Assembly: GCA_002633005.1 (NCBI GenBank)
Contig: NMRA01000010.1
Coordinates: forward strand, 2,014,924 to 2,078,923
Source of the DNA: Phoronis australis
Lineage: Eukaryota > Animalia > Phoronida
DNA: 64,000 nt
Direction: 5' to 3'
Under the pieces are notes generated by a model. It ran no database searches, had not been told where the DNA came from, and saw nothing but the letters and a program-made list of their open reading frames with translations. The position numbers were made by a program, and so were the translations under genes. This document shows positions 1-12,200 of this stretch, piece after piece. Within the stretch, counting starts at the first letter, position 1. Each line of letters starts with the position of its first letter.

Positions 1-145
1 TAATTCACAATATAGGTGCAGCAATCCTTGAAGATAGCAGATACTGCATTCTGTTTTATTTCGGTGTGAACAATAAGACAGGAATGGGTGTCTTCCACAT
101 GCTTCGAGCATTCTATTTTATCACCACTCTTACGTCTGCTTTCAG

Positions 146-278
146 TTGCCTGAGAAGTACCGTGTCGTCTTCAGTGTGAAGACTATCTCAGTTATCTTGA
201 GTGAGTACGCCACTCAAAGACTGCATGGGAGGCCGCAGATGTTTGAAATGCAGGCAAGAGAGACATCTACTGTGCCAG
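146..278 (+). CDS. DNHD1: DNHD1-like exon (AAA1 lid region)
   Basis: ttcag|TTG...CCAG|gttag; LPEKYRVVFSVKTISVIL...; ends phase 1, matching the next exon. Confidence 0.75.
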
Positions 279-3200
279 GTTAGAAAACTATTTCTGTGAT
301 TATTTTTAATGTGTAGTGTAAAAGACGTAAATGGGATGATACAGATGTTTTTTAAACATTCTTCTTCACATTGATCATGTTTTGTAATAAGTTTTGCGTT
401 TTGACTGATTGACGTTGCCTGTAGTTTTGGAGTTCAAGTTTACTAGCCGTTGTAAACCAGCCTTCTGTCAAATGCTAATTTTATTGGATTTAGGGCACTT
501 GCAGTTATATAACCGACCCTTGTTCCTAATTCAGATGAGAAGTGATACTCAGCTAGTGAAGAACTGAGAAATAGTTATTCATTGAGACTAGGCTCAATTT
601 GGCTTGTCACAGTGCACCGTGCGTGGTCTCAAGAAATAACAAATTGTTAGTTCTACCATAACATGAATAAGGAATAAGGAGGGACCAATTTTATACCGAT
701 GAGTGGTGTAAATCGAAAACTAATAGCCACTTGAAGATAGTTTACACAAATAGTGTCCTTTAGTTTTCTAGGTAAGCAATCTTTGAAAGTGGTAGTCTAC
801 TAATCTCCATTAAGAATATGTGAGACACTAGAGAAATGGCCAAACTTGTCCAACTTCCATACATCTTATCTCAGAAATGGCTGATCAGATTCAGTGAAAC
901 TTTCAGATATTGTGCTTTATACAGTGTTCTACAAAATAGTTGTAGGAACTGTTTTTGAAATGTTCCGTTTTTGGGTTTTTTCAAAAATCAAGATTTTAGG
1001 GTTAAAATACTCAAAAGTTGTATTGAACAAATTACAAAATGGTAGTTAGAGTGTTTTGAGATTTCATCTTAAATTGTACATTTAATCTCAGATCAGAGAT
1101 TTTGCCATTTTATGGATACTATTGTTTTGCTGTGAATATATTTTTGCTTGATTTTATGAAAAAGTCATGGTCATGTGATTCAGGTAATGGTAGATTTGTG
1201 TTATGTCACAAATCAAATTCTGCATGTCAGTCTTTCTTCCTTCAGAAAGTATTCAAGACAATTTCTGTACTTTTACCTAATTGAATTATATACTTATGTG
1301 TATAATAACGGTTAAACTTCCTCATAACAATACACATAACCTTGTGACAGTGAAAACCTACTTAATCATTTAATAGTTTTTAAATTGTGAAATAAACCAT
1401 TCTGTCATTCCCAACTGCATACATTGCTTTTTTGTCTTTAAGCAGGGCTTGGAATTTTCTTTTTTAAGAGGATTTCCTCTTTTTTGGTTTTGATTTTCTC
1501 TTATTTGATTTCTAGTTTCCTCTTTTTTCATCTCTTTTTTTATCTTAATTTTGACTTTGTCCATGCAAAAACTGATATTTCACTTAAATTTTACAACGCA
1601 AAGAGATATTTCTATCACACAAGCCTATTTATTTGTGGAACAATGCATCACTTGGAAAATTTTCCTTTTTTTGTCATTGGTCATTCCAAGCCCTGTTTAA
1701 GTGAGCATACTACATCGAAACAGGATGTGAAATGTCGTCTGCTTTCTGTTACTAGATGACTACAGAGAGGACATGTGTCTTGTACACGCTCTGCACAAGG
1801 CTCTGTTGTCAAGCATGGACAACATCGATGACGAGCTCACATTCCGCAACTTAGTTCGAGACTGCTTCCCAATTGTTAATCTCCAACCCAAAGACATCAC
1901 TAACTATGACCCTCAACTCGTTGCCACGGTTCAGGAGCAAATGAAACTGGACAGTCTGCAACCCAGTGAAGAACATGTGAACAAAGTAAGGTTTTCCGTT
2001 TTGGAATTATGCTTTGAGCTTTGTTGAGTTTTGTGAAGGCATTGGTTACCAGGTGTGAGTTTTGGGTGTGAGAAAGAAATATTAATCGTGTCTAATTAAA
2101 GATAATTAAAACTAAAGGTTTCCATTCAGTAGTGATTTAAATCGGCAGCACACAGTGTTGTTTTCATCAAGTCTGATTTTACCATGAAGATATTTCATTA
2201 ATTGCAAAGAACACGCTTTGTTCTCTGATTTATACTGTTACAGTTGCACTATAGACTGAATGGAATTTGTTGCTTTAATTAATTTCCATGCTATAATCAG
2301 AGGATCAATTTTTTCTAGTTTAAGTGACTTTTTCACCTTTACACAAAAACTTTATGTACCTTGAGCAGTACTCAGTGTTTTTATTTTTTAAATAACAGGG
2401 TATTTAGGGCCTTTAGGTGTCTTTATTATATAAATGACATGGCATCTAAGAAGACTTTAAACATCTTCTGCTAATATTGTCTGTTCCTGTTCGGCACCAT
2501 CTTGTATCAATCACGTCATTTCAGAATATGGGATCGGAAAGTTCTATGTAACTTTGGCATCTGTGTTTGTGATAAATAAATTGCTTGTTTGAAGCTGGAG
2601 TCTGCAGCACTTTTCTTCACTTCAGATCCTGCAGCTGTACACTGCCTTGCAGTCGAGACCTGGGGTAGTTTTGATTGGCCAACCAGGCAGTGGCAAGTCC
2701 ACATGCATCAACATTCTTCAGAAGGTCATGAACTTTCTGAATGAGCAGCAGGATGCCGAGAATGACAGTCTCAAGTCAAAGAAGAACATGATGTTCTACA
2801 ACAAGAAAAAAATAGCCGTAAGTAATTTTAATTCAAATCTGTTGATTGAACATTTTAAGGTTATCTATGACCTTAATAAATGACCTCAACTCTAAGTCAG
2901 ATATTGAAAAAAGAATATGATTTGTAAACCATACATATTTTATGAAAGGAGAAATATTGAGGATTCTGGTAATATCATTCATAGCAAAATACCCCCCAGC
3001 CGATTTTACCAAATCTTTTTTACTGTACCTTTCTTGCACATGACAATTTGAGTTAAAAATGTGGTCCAGTGACACTCATAAAGACACAGTAGTAAGATGC
3101 ATATTTTTAGAATCCTCCATGTTTCTCCTTTCAGAAAATAATATTATATACTTTTACTGGTTGACAAAGCATATTTTTTTCAATATTTGACTTAGAGTTG

Positions 3201-6200
3201 AGGTCATTTATTAAGGTCCTAGATAACCTTAATTACTAAAAAGAGGTTTGAAAAATATAGATGCTTCATTTTACTTTAATTTTTCAACTTTTCTTCTTTG
3301 AGATTAATTGAAGTTTGTTTGTCTTTAGCCTTGACTTTCAGTTTTTGATTTCGTTTTGTATTTTATTTTATTTTATTTTTCTTCTGATCATTTTGGTTTC
3401 AACACTTCTCTCATCTTGTGTTCTTTCTCATCTGTTCATTTCGTTCATTTCGTTCATTTCGTTTATTTGCCAGGTTGATGTTCAACAGGTAATGTGTTAC
3501 GAATACTACAGTGTGCTTTCTTGAATAAATAAAAGTATATTGAGCACTAATTGCACTACATAAAACTAAATAATATGCACACAAATTACAGTTTTATGTG
3601 TCTGTGCTGATATTTCATAGTCTAGCAGTGATGCACGTGGTGTGAGAATACGGCATGGCAGATTTGTGTGGTAATTTGTTGGATTTCTTAGTCAGTATTA
3701 ACTTGCATAGTGTTTTTGAACTAGCTTGCAAATTACATTAAATGTTGCACTGCTTTTTATTGTTTGGTGGTTTCAATAGTTGATTTGTTGTTTAATTTAA
3801 TAAACATGCTTTGGTTACGTATCTAGTTGCACATCCCGCGTATTTTTTAAATTACCCTAGTGCGTTCATAGAGTATACACGTACCCGCTGATCGTGCAAG
3901 GCATGTAACACTGCAATACTTACAATGGGATGGATATCAAATATTTTATTTAATTAAAGTTTTTATCTTGAAACAAATTTTATTTCATCATTTAGCTTGT
4001 TTTATACTGTGCAATTTATCATTGAGTAAATCTTAGATGATTTTTTGAGCATTTTAACATTGTTCAAGAAAAGAGACTTTGAAAAGGGATAAATTAAATT
4101 ACAATTTTGGCAATTATTTCTGTACAGAATGGAAAAAGAACTGTTGTGTCTGACTTAGAGAAGGTTTCCATAGTGTTATGCTGGGTAAGCAGTGTGTGCG
4201 GTACTCTTAGATGTACTGAGCTGCTTGTCAGTGACTGTGACCAGCAGCCAACATTGTGATTAGTCATGTGGGACTGGTGACTCGTGCTGCCATCTATCTG
4301 ATGTCTACTGTTGTATTTCAAATTCACAGTAAGCCATACTGAGGCGCCTGCAATGACACTAGTGTCCTGCGAGTGAAAATCAGATGATCGATATTGAGTA
4401 ACATAATGGTGCAGTGTATTGCGGAATCTTGCCATTGTTACCATAGCGACAGCTTTGCAATCTTACTGGCAGAATTACGTGACACTAATGATCTTACAAA
4501 TTTTTGTAAGGAAGTGGAGCATTGTCTACCCATCATGAGGGCTGAGTGCAAGCTAAATTCACCCTTATCATGCCGAGGGGAGATGCATTTTTTCCCATTA
4601 GTCTTGTCATGTGTTCAAAAGAAATTACCACTGACAGTTGCCTGTTTTTTCTGCTGTTTAGCAAATGTCGATTTCAACATCGCAACTTTTTAATGGAGCC
4701 TACTATTGAAATCAATATGTCCACAGATACGATCGCAACTAAACTCTGCCGTCACATTTGAAAGTGCACCTTCACCGTTTTGAAAGTAATTGGTGAAGCA
4801 AAACACAGTTGATGGTAACCCAAGCAGCCTGTGGGCGATTAGTAAAAAAATTGAAAAGTATGCGGTGGACACTGATGTGAGCACAGGAGTTATTTCAATA
4901 TTCAAGTATCTTTCAAATATTTAGTCAATGCGCCTGTTGGCATGTAATGCCATGGTTCGAGTGTTACGCCATGGTTTGAATGTTGCCGTGTTCAGATGAT
5001 GTGTCAGCAGAGGATAGTCCCACATGGCAGTTGTTGTCGTTGGTGGTGGTGGTTTGTGAATGTTTCACGTCACACTTTTATTGTGTTCATATATTTGAAA
5101 CAGGAGGACGAGGACGAGGAGGTAACTTTCTGTGGTGGTTTCTGTATTACTAATAAATTAAATGAAGTATTATATGAATAGAGCTCCTTTTTTCTTGGAG
5201 TATTTTACGAATGACTGCATTGGCAATGATGTTGAGCCAATAAATGGAGATTTGGAGAACGCTTCACTTTTTAAGTGTTTTTGTTTGCAAATGTACCAAG
5301 TTTGGTATGTGTTTTGTAAGTTTTTAGTTTGTGAACATTTGGTTTGTGGATGGTTTATGTGAAATTCTGAAAGAAAGTTTCTCCTCCAAAAATCTGTACT
5401 TCATCTTTTAAGGAACCTTTTGCATAATTATGATTTTGAAATGTGAGCTTTAAGCCGCTTCTCTCTGTACGCATGCGTAGTGGCACATATCTGCAGCTGC
5501 TTAGTTTATTGCATGGTGGAGGCTTTTGAATTATGGGTTGATAATAAATAATAGTTTGGTGATTTAAGTCTTTATTTGCTTTGTCATGTACATGCAAATA
5601 CTGGTTTGGGAAATTTGATTTTAATTTAAATGAAGTTGTATAATTTCAAAATAACCTGCCAAAATGACATTCAAGTGGAAGTAGCTATGAAAATAACATT
5701 TTGCAAAACATGAAATTCCAATGTCTCATGTTTACCTTTGAAGAGGACATCTCTTGTCGTAGTATGAGTATAGGTTAGTTTTACCTGACCACGCTGTGTG
5801 ACATAGCCTGGATTTGATTCAGGCTCCCTGTGTGTACCAAGTCAATTCGGTCACATCTCAGGCATTTGATTGGTTCCTGGTGATGACCTTTAGCTCAGAA
5901 ACCAATCCGATTCCTTTTATGCCAGCTGATCTAGTGTTGACCTCCTCAGTGACTTGAACACCCAACTTGATTTGCCAATGTACCAAGTACGTTGTGTCTA
6001 GAAGTCTAAAAATTTGGAGTTGTTATACACGGGGTATTTTTGAGAGCCTGTTCATCACTGTTGAGTGTTGTGTTCCCAGTTAACAGTGTATGTTTTGCAA
6101 ATTGTTGCATAAAATTTACATCAACTTAATCTGCTTCAAAAAGTCATTTTTCCAACTTGCCTTGAAACATCACTGAAGCAGTATTTGCCTTTAACCATGC

Positions 6201-9200
6201 CAAGACGAGATGTTTTCCCAATTTATTCGATAAACTTAATACCTATAATTATCCCTCCAGGAAACGTACTAAATACAATCCGACCCCTGACCCCTGAACT
6301 AACCTGGTCGTTGTATTCTGTTACCTTATTGTATTTTGGTTTCTAATTTTAATCACTACCTACCATATTCATTTATGACTTGGTGTTCTAAGCTTTGTCC
6401 CTGGTCTGCTACCTCTGCCCTTTGCAGCGCCAGAATTGCCCAGACGGCCTGAAGTTTGTTTCATGAAACTGACTTAAGACAGAAATTTCAGTGTTTTAAA
6501 AGATTTGTCCGAGCAGTAATGAGCGCATCAAAGTCTAGAAATTATTTATAGAAATTATCTCAGTAACTAGCAGTTATGCGTATACTCTTGCAGACTGTGC
6601 AATTATTGCGCAGGTGAGGTTTAATTATTTCTCATGAATAGATATGTGGAGCGTGAAACCAAATTCTTGTCTTAAGTCTTAGCCGCTATTCATGAAACAG
6701 ACCCCAGGGCTTTTTCAAACATTAAAAGCTGTAGTTTTCCCTGTATAGCTGGTTTAAAAAAGAAAGTCAATTAGCCTACCTCTCATGAAATCGATTTCAT
6801 CAATTATTTATTGTGATAGGTTTCCAACTCGATTCACTGAAAAGTGTTCTTGAAATGGAAATAGAACACTACCTAGTCAGTAAGAAAAATTACGAGACCA
6901 ATTTTGAAAGCAATAATCTAATATAACCAGTTTTCTCCACTGAATAACAGGCATCAACCGGTTCTCAAAATGCGGGCATGTTTTATTACACAATGAGATT
7001 AAAAGGCTTGCCCTGAGTTTTGTTTTGAGCCAGCTAAACAGGCCCAAACGCAGCTTTAAATTGGAGTCGTTTACAGGCCTTCTAAAGCAAGGACATGTCC
7101 ACATGTCCTAACATAAATCCTATTAGGTGTTCTTTTGTGTGACACATAAGGTTAAATTGGTGAATGTAGTCTATGTTTGAAGTTCTCTATTGGTGAAATT
7201 CACATGCGAATTAGCAGTCGCTGCTTTTGAGAACAATTTAGCTTGCAATATGGCCGACTCGTGAGACTTGGAAATGCCTGTAGTTCCTACTCTCTTCCAG
7301 TGTCATTTGTTGTTGGATTGTAAGAAAATGGCTTGAAATTTCTCAACCAGTTCAAGACAAAATTGTAAATAATCTGTTAACTGAGTGTTTTTCTGAAATT
7401 TTTTAAAGCAACTTTTTGAAAGCACTTGCCGGAAATGGAAAGAGTAATGTTTCCGGGTCATTAACTAAACAAAGGTCAATGTTTCTGGGTCACAAGTTAA
7501 ACAAAGGTCAATGTTTCTGGGTCACAAGTTAAACAATCTTCTTCCCCCCCATGATACACAAGGGCATTCTTATTAACGCTGTCCTTTTCTCATTGATATA
7601 ATGCTAGGCTTTTGGGCTGTAGTTCTTCTCTTGCCAACCACAATTTCAATCTTCCATATTCAGTGGTTTCCTCATTGACCACATTCCATTCATGACTGAC
7701 AGGAGGCGGGGTTACACTTGATTGACACTATGTAGCATTTGTCAGGTACAGTGTATCAGGTCTGTCTGTACACTATTGGCTACACATGTGCTTAATGAGA
7801 AAATAATTGCATTTGTACTAAAAATTTTGCATCACTTGAGAAAAAAAATGCACCTCATACAAAAAAGAAAGCTGTTAGCAAGAATGCCTTTAAGTGTTCC
7901 ATCAGGAAGAGGTATTGTCTACTCTGAATTTTAGTAATAGAATCCTTCTCTCCGTAGCTCTTGCAGGGTGAAGTGAGCAAGTCCAAGACGCAAGTACAGG
8001 CCATGGGACGGTGGAAGAAGATGACGTCCTATGGCAAGGCCACTGCCATGGCAACCAACATGATTGACAACGTTATTTTCAAGGCTCGCTATCCAAAGGT
8101 GGAAGTTTTGACGCTTAACCCGACAGGGAGAACTCCAGCTGAGGTATAAGCTCCATAAGCTGAAAAATTCACTTGCAGGAACGGGGAAGTCCTGGATTAC
8201 ACAGCGACACTTGAATCTCGCTGTATTTACCCACAATGCCGTAAACATCCGTCAGGCACATTTGCTGCCTCGTTTTCATGCCACTGGAGTTTCACATGTT
8301 ATTTGTAGTTGTCTGGTTCGTTACAAATTTTTCTCAGTTGTATTACTTTGTTTGTAATAAGCATGTTAATGTTTACTTTTTTCTGGTGTATGGTTCCCAC
8401 TTGGAACTTTTGGTTTGTAAGTCTTTAATTAATTTGTTTGTTTTTAGTCTTGTTTCAAAGGTGGCAATGTGAAGTTGTGATTGTGTCGGTTCCTGCATTT
8501 CAGTTGTATGGTTGTTTCCAAGATGGCCGTTGGAACGATGGCCTGTTGCTGCGTGTCTTGCAAGACTCTCATCATAAGTTTACCTCAGCTGTACACTTCA
8601 TTGACAATTTTGATGAGAAGAAAAACAAGCTGCCCATAACAGCACCCTCTATTATAAATAAGTGGGTTGTCCTAGATGGAGAGATGGATGCCAGCTGGGT
8701 TGATGGACTGAACGGTCTCTTAGACCCCTCCCACCGCCTTCTAGCAGCCAATGGCGAGACAGTGTTTATTGATGGTAGGTTGTACTTTTTGTATTGTATT
8801 GTAATGATGCAGTACCTGGTGAGAATTGTTTTGTGGTCAGTTGATATAAATACCTCTATGTGTGATAGGGTGTAATTATTTGCTGTTATTGCTTTCAGAA
8901 GAAATAATTGCAAAATGAAAATAATGGTTGTGATTTGCGTAAGAGTTATGACTGAAGGTAATTTTCATATTAGTTGTATGTACATACTATTGCTTTGATT
9001 GAGCAGTTTGGTAATGCCAAAATACAGAACTAGTAAAAAGTACTCAGACAAAATCACTCGGTGTGCTATGTCGTGACAGCTGGGCGGAAGGTGAAGTCAA
9101 CATCAGAGTAGAGAATGACTANNNNNNNNNNNNNNNNNNNNNNNNNNNNNNNNNNNNNNNNNNNNNNNNNNNNNNNNNNNNNNNNNNNNNNNNNNNNNNN

Positions 9201-12200
9201 NNNNNNNNNNNNNNNNNNNNNNNNNNNNNNNNNNNNNNNNNNNNNNNNNNNNNNNNNNNNNNNNNNNNNNNNNNNNNNNNNNNNNNNNNNNNNNNNNNNN
9301 NNNNNNNNNNNNNNNNNNNNNNNNNNNNNNNNNNNNNNNNNNNNNNNNNNNNNNNNNNNNNNNNNNNNNNNNNNNNNNNNNNNNNNNNNNNNNNNNNNNN
9401 NNNNNNNNNNNNNNNNNNNNNNNNNNNNNNNNNNNNNNNNNNNNNNNNNNNNNNNNNNNNNNNNNNNNNNNNNNNNNNNNNNNNNNNNNNNNNNNNNNNN
9501 NNNNNNNNNNNNNNNNNNNNNNNNNNNNNNNNNNNNNNNNNNNNNNNNNNNNNNNNNNNNNNNNNNNNNNNNNNNNNNNNNNNNNNNNNNNNNNNNNNNN
9601 NNNNNNNNNNNNNNNNNNNNNNNNNNNNNNNNNNNNNNNNNNNNNNNNNNNNNNNNNNNNNNNNNNNNNNNNNNNNNNNNNNNNNNNNNNNNNNNNNNNN
9701 NCACACACACACACACACACACACAAATCATCACTTTGTGTCTCAGCAAAGAATGGATTTAGTTGAGCATGAGTGTGTTATTTTTGTGAGTTGCTTCGTT
9801 TTTTCATACTGTCCTTTTCCTTGTTCTGCTTTAACCAAAGTTCTACAACAATGTTCTCTAGGCTTCAGATGTTAACTGATCTTGTGAATGACGTCTGCCG
9901 ACCGACGCTCACATTTCTGCGAGATGAGTGCAGCCCTAGTCTCCGTGTCAACCAGTTCAGGTCGAGCAATCAAACGGTGACTGGTGTGGAAGAGATCTCT
10001 TCATTGTTAAGGATTTTGTCATCCATGTTGAACCAACATTTCATGAGAGACGTTCACGAGCGAACCGAGCGTCTCTTGCACATGGAGTCCTCAAAAGGTA
10101 AAATGGCGATGATACAGAAAGCTGCAGGTTTTAAGATCGACATACTAGTGCTAGTTAGGTCAAGTTGAAATCACAAACTTTATACTCAGGAATAAATTAG
10201 TCCAATGACCACGAACCTTCCTGTTGAAACAATCAAAGAACTCCGTTGGACCCATGATCAAGGTACCTAAACTACACTGTCAATGGACTCATAAACACGA
10301 CTCACGGACCTGCAAACACTGTCCACTGACTCACAAACACGGGAACGGACTCACAAAACACGATCCACGCACCCAAATACACGGGACACGGACTCATATT
10401 CACGAGGAAACTCTGTTAACGGACCGCCAAACACGGGTCACGGACTCATCGGCTTCTTGGGTCAGCTGACATCTTCATTATGTCCGTGACCCGTGTTTGG
10501 CGGTCCGTTAACTGTGTTTCCTCGTGAATATGAGTCCGTGTCCCGTGTATTTGGGTGCGTGGATCGTGTTTTGTGAGTCCGTTCCTGTGTTTGTGAGTCA
10601 GTGGACGGTGTTTGCAGGTCCGTGAGTCGTGTTTATGTGTCCGTTGACCGTGCGGGTATGTGTAATTGGGAATCATGCTAAAAAAAGGTTGAGTCTCAAA
10701 ACACAACTCGGAAAAATGGTTTTCAAAGATGGCGCTTTTAAGTGAAAATTGTTTTCGTTAAGGTGAAGGTTATCTTGTAAAGTCAGCTAACTAAAGCCAA
10801 AGGTTTCCCGGTATTGTGGTACTTTTCAGCAGAATTTAAAAAAATGAAAATTGTTGTGAAAGTAACCGTACTGTGCTTGAAAGAAGCATAACTGCTATTT
10901 CATTTTAACAGGAATTATAGTTGAGTTTCAACTGCATTCATTTGTTGCTTGATGTAAAACTGTTTGATTGAACTAAAACATATGCGACTGAACTAAAACT
11001 TGTATGTGACAAATCTGGTTAGTAACGTTACACGCAAGATTTTGTCAAGTGAGCGTATTCATATAATTTGCTTTTTATGTTCCAGACTCCCTAGTTGGAC
11101 ACCCAAGCCGTGGTTCCCTGCGGTCGGCACCGTCTGACCTGGAGATGACCATTGATAACTACCTACCCAATCTGAAGTCCATGTTTGCCTTTGCCTACAT
11201 ATGGGGCTTTGGAGGGCATCTGCATGAACGGTATGAGTGGGTGATTCCATGCTCACTAGGTGGCACTAGTGTGTATAGCAGTACTGTATGCAGTTCAGTA
11301 GTCACCTGGTACCCATACTCCACATATGCCTCCAGGCTAATGAACTACTTTCTGCTCTTAATCTGTGTTCAAAAGAAGGAATGTTACTCGTTAGCACCAC
11401 CTAGTGGATCTTCTCAGTATCGAATGGGTAATTAAGAAAATGGCCTATAATACAACTGCCAGCATGTTTCCACAGCTCCACTGTCATTCTCAAGGCTAAG
11501 GAATTATGGCAGTTACCCTAATGCATGGTGTCAGCAGCCTTGTGAATAACTGGAGCTGTCGAAACATGTTGCCAGTTACTCATTTATTGCTGGAAGATCC
11601 TTTGTGGAAGTCATTCAAGACATCACTTAGTGAACATTGAGTATTCCATTAGAATCTTTTGAGTAGCTCAAACCACAGATTGGGTTTTTCTTTTATTTCA
11701 GGTATTTGTTTGAGGAATGGGGGGACAGAGATTTCCAAGAATCATGAGAAATATGAATTTTGCGTGGGCAACTACTTTCTCCAACTTTTTTGATGCAATG
11801 TCTGATATTTGAGAAATATGATGAACACCAAAATTACTCTTATTCTAATTTTAAGAATCAATAAAATAGACAATTTTAACTTGAATTTCACTGTCTCAAA
11901 CTTTAAAGGTTGTACCAAACTGGAGAATTTTTACCATAGATACTTTTTGAGCAAATTACAGTTCTGACACTAATTTTTGTCTGAAATTGATGAGGTTTTT
12001 TGTCGTGTTAAATAGCAATAAGCCATTGCTCTGTATCCCCTTTGTTTAGATATTCCAACCGCTTCGATGTGTTCGCTCGCGAGACCTTGCATCGAGCGCG
12101 ACATCCGATAAGTCTGCCCAGAGGCTGCCTTTGTTACGACATCTGGGTTGATGTGAAGCAGGGAACATTTGTCAAGTGGAATGAGCGCCCTCTGGAGAAG

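Noticed and set aside
6926-6985. About 60-bp sequence repeated at about 19497-19555
   Set aside because: Real, but only a short dispersed-repeat remnant with no ends or TSD to classify.
9063-9875. ORFs of 200-270 aa in the ORF track
   Set aside because: They are translations of the N gap and the adjacent (CA)n repeat.
10224-10706. Two opposite-strand ORFs with matching THKHDSRTCKH peptides; also a superficial CRISPR-like periodicity
   Set aside because: Both are readings of the foldback arms. There are no identical repeats with unique spacers, no cas genes, and the context is a eukaryotic intron.
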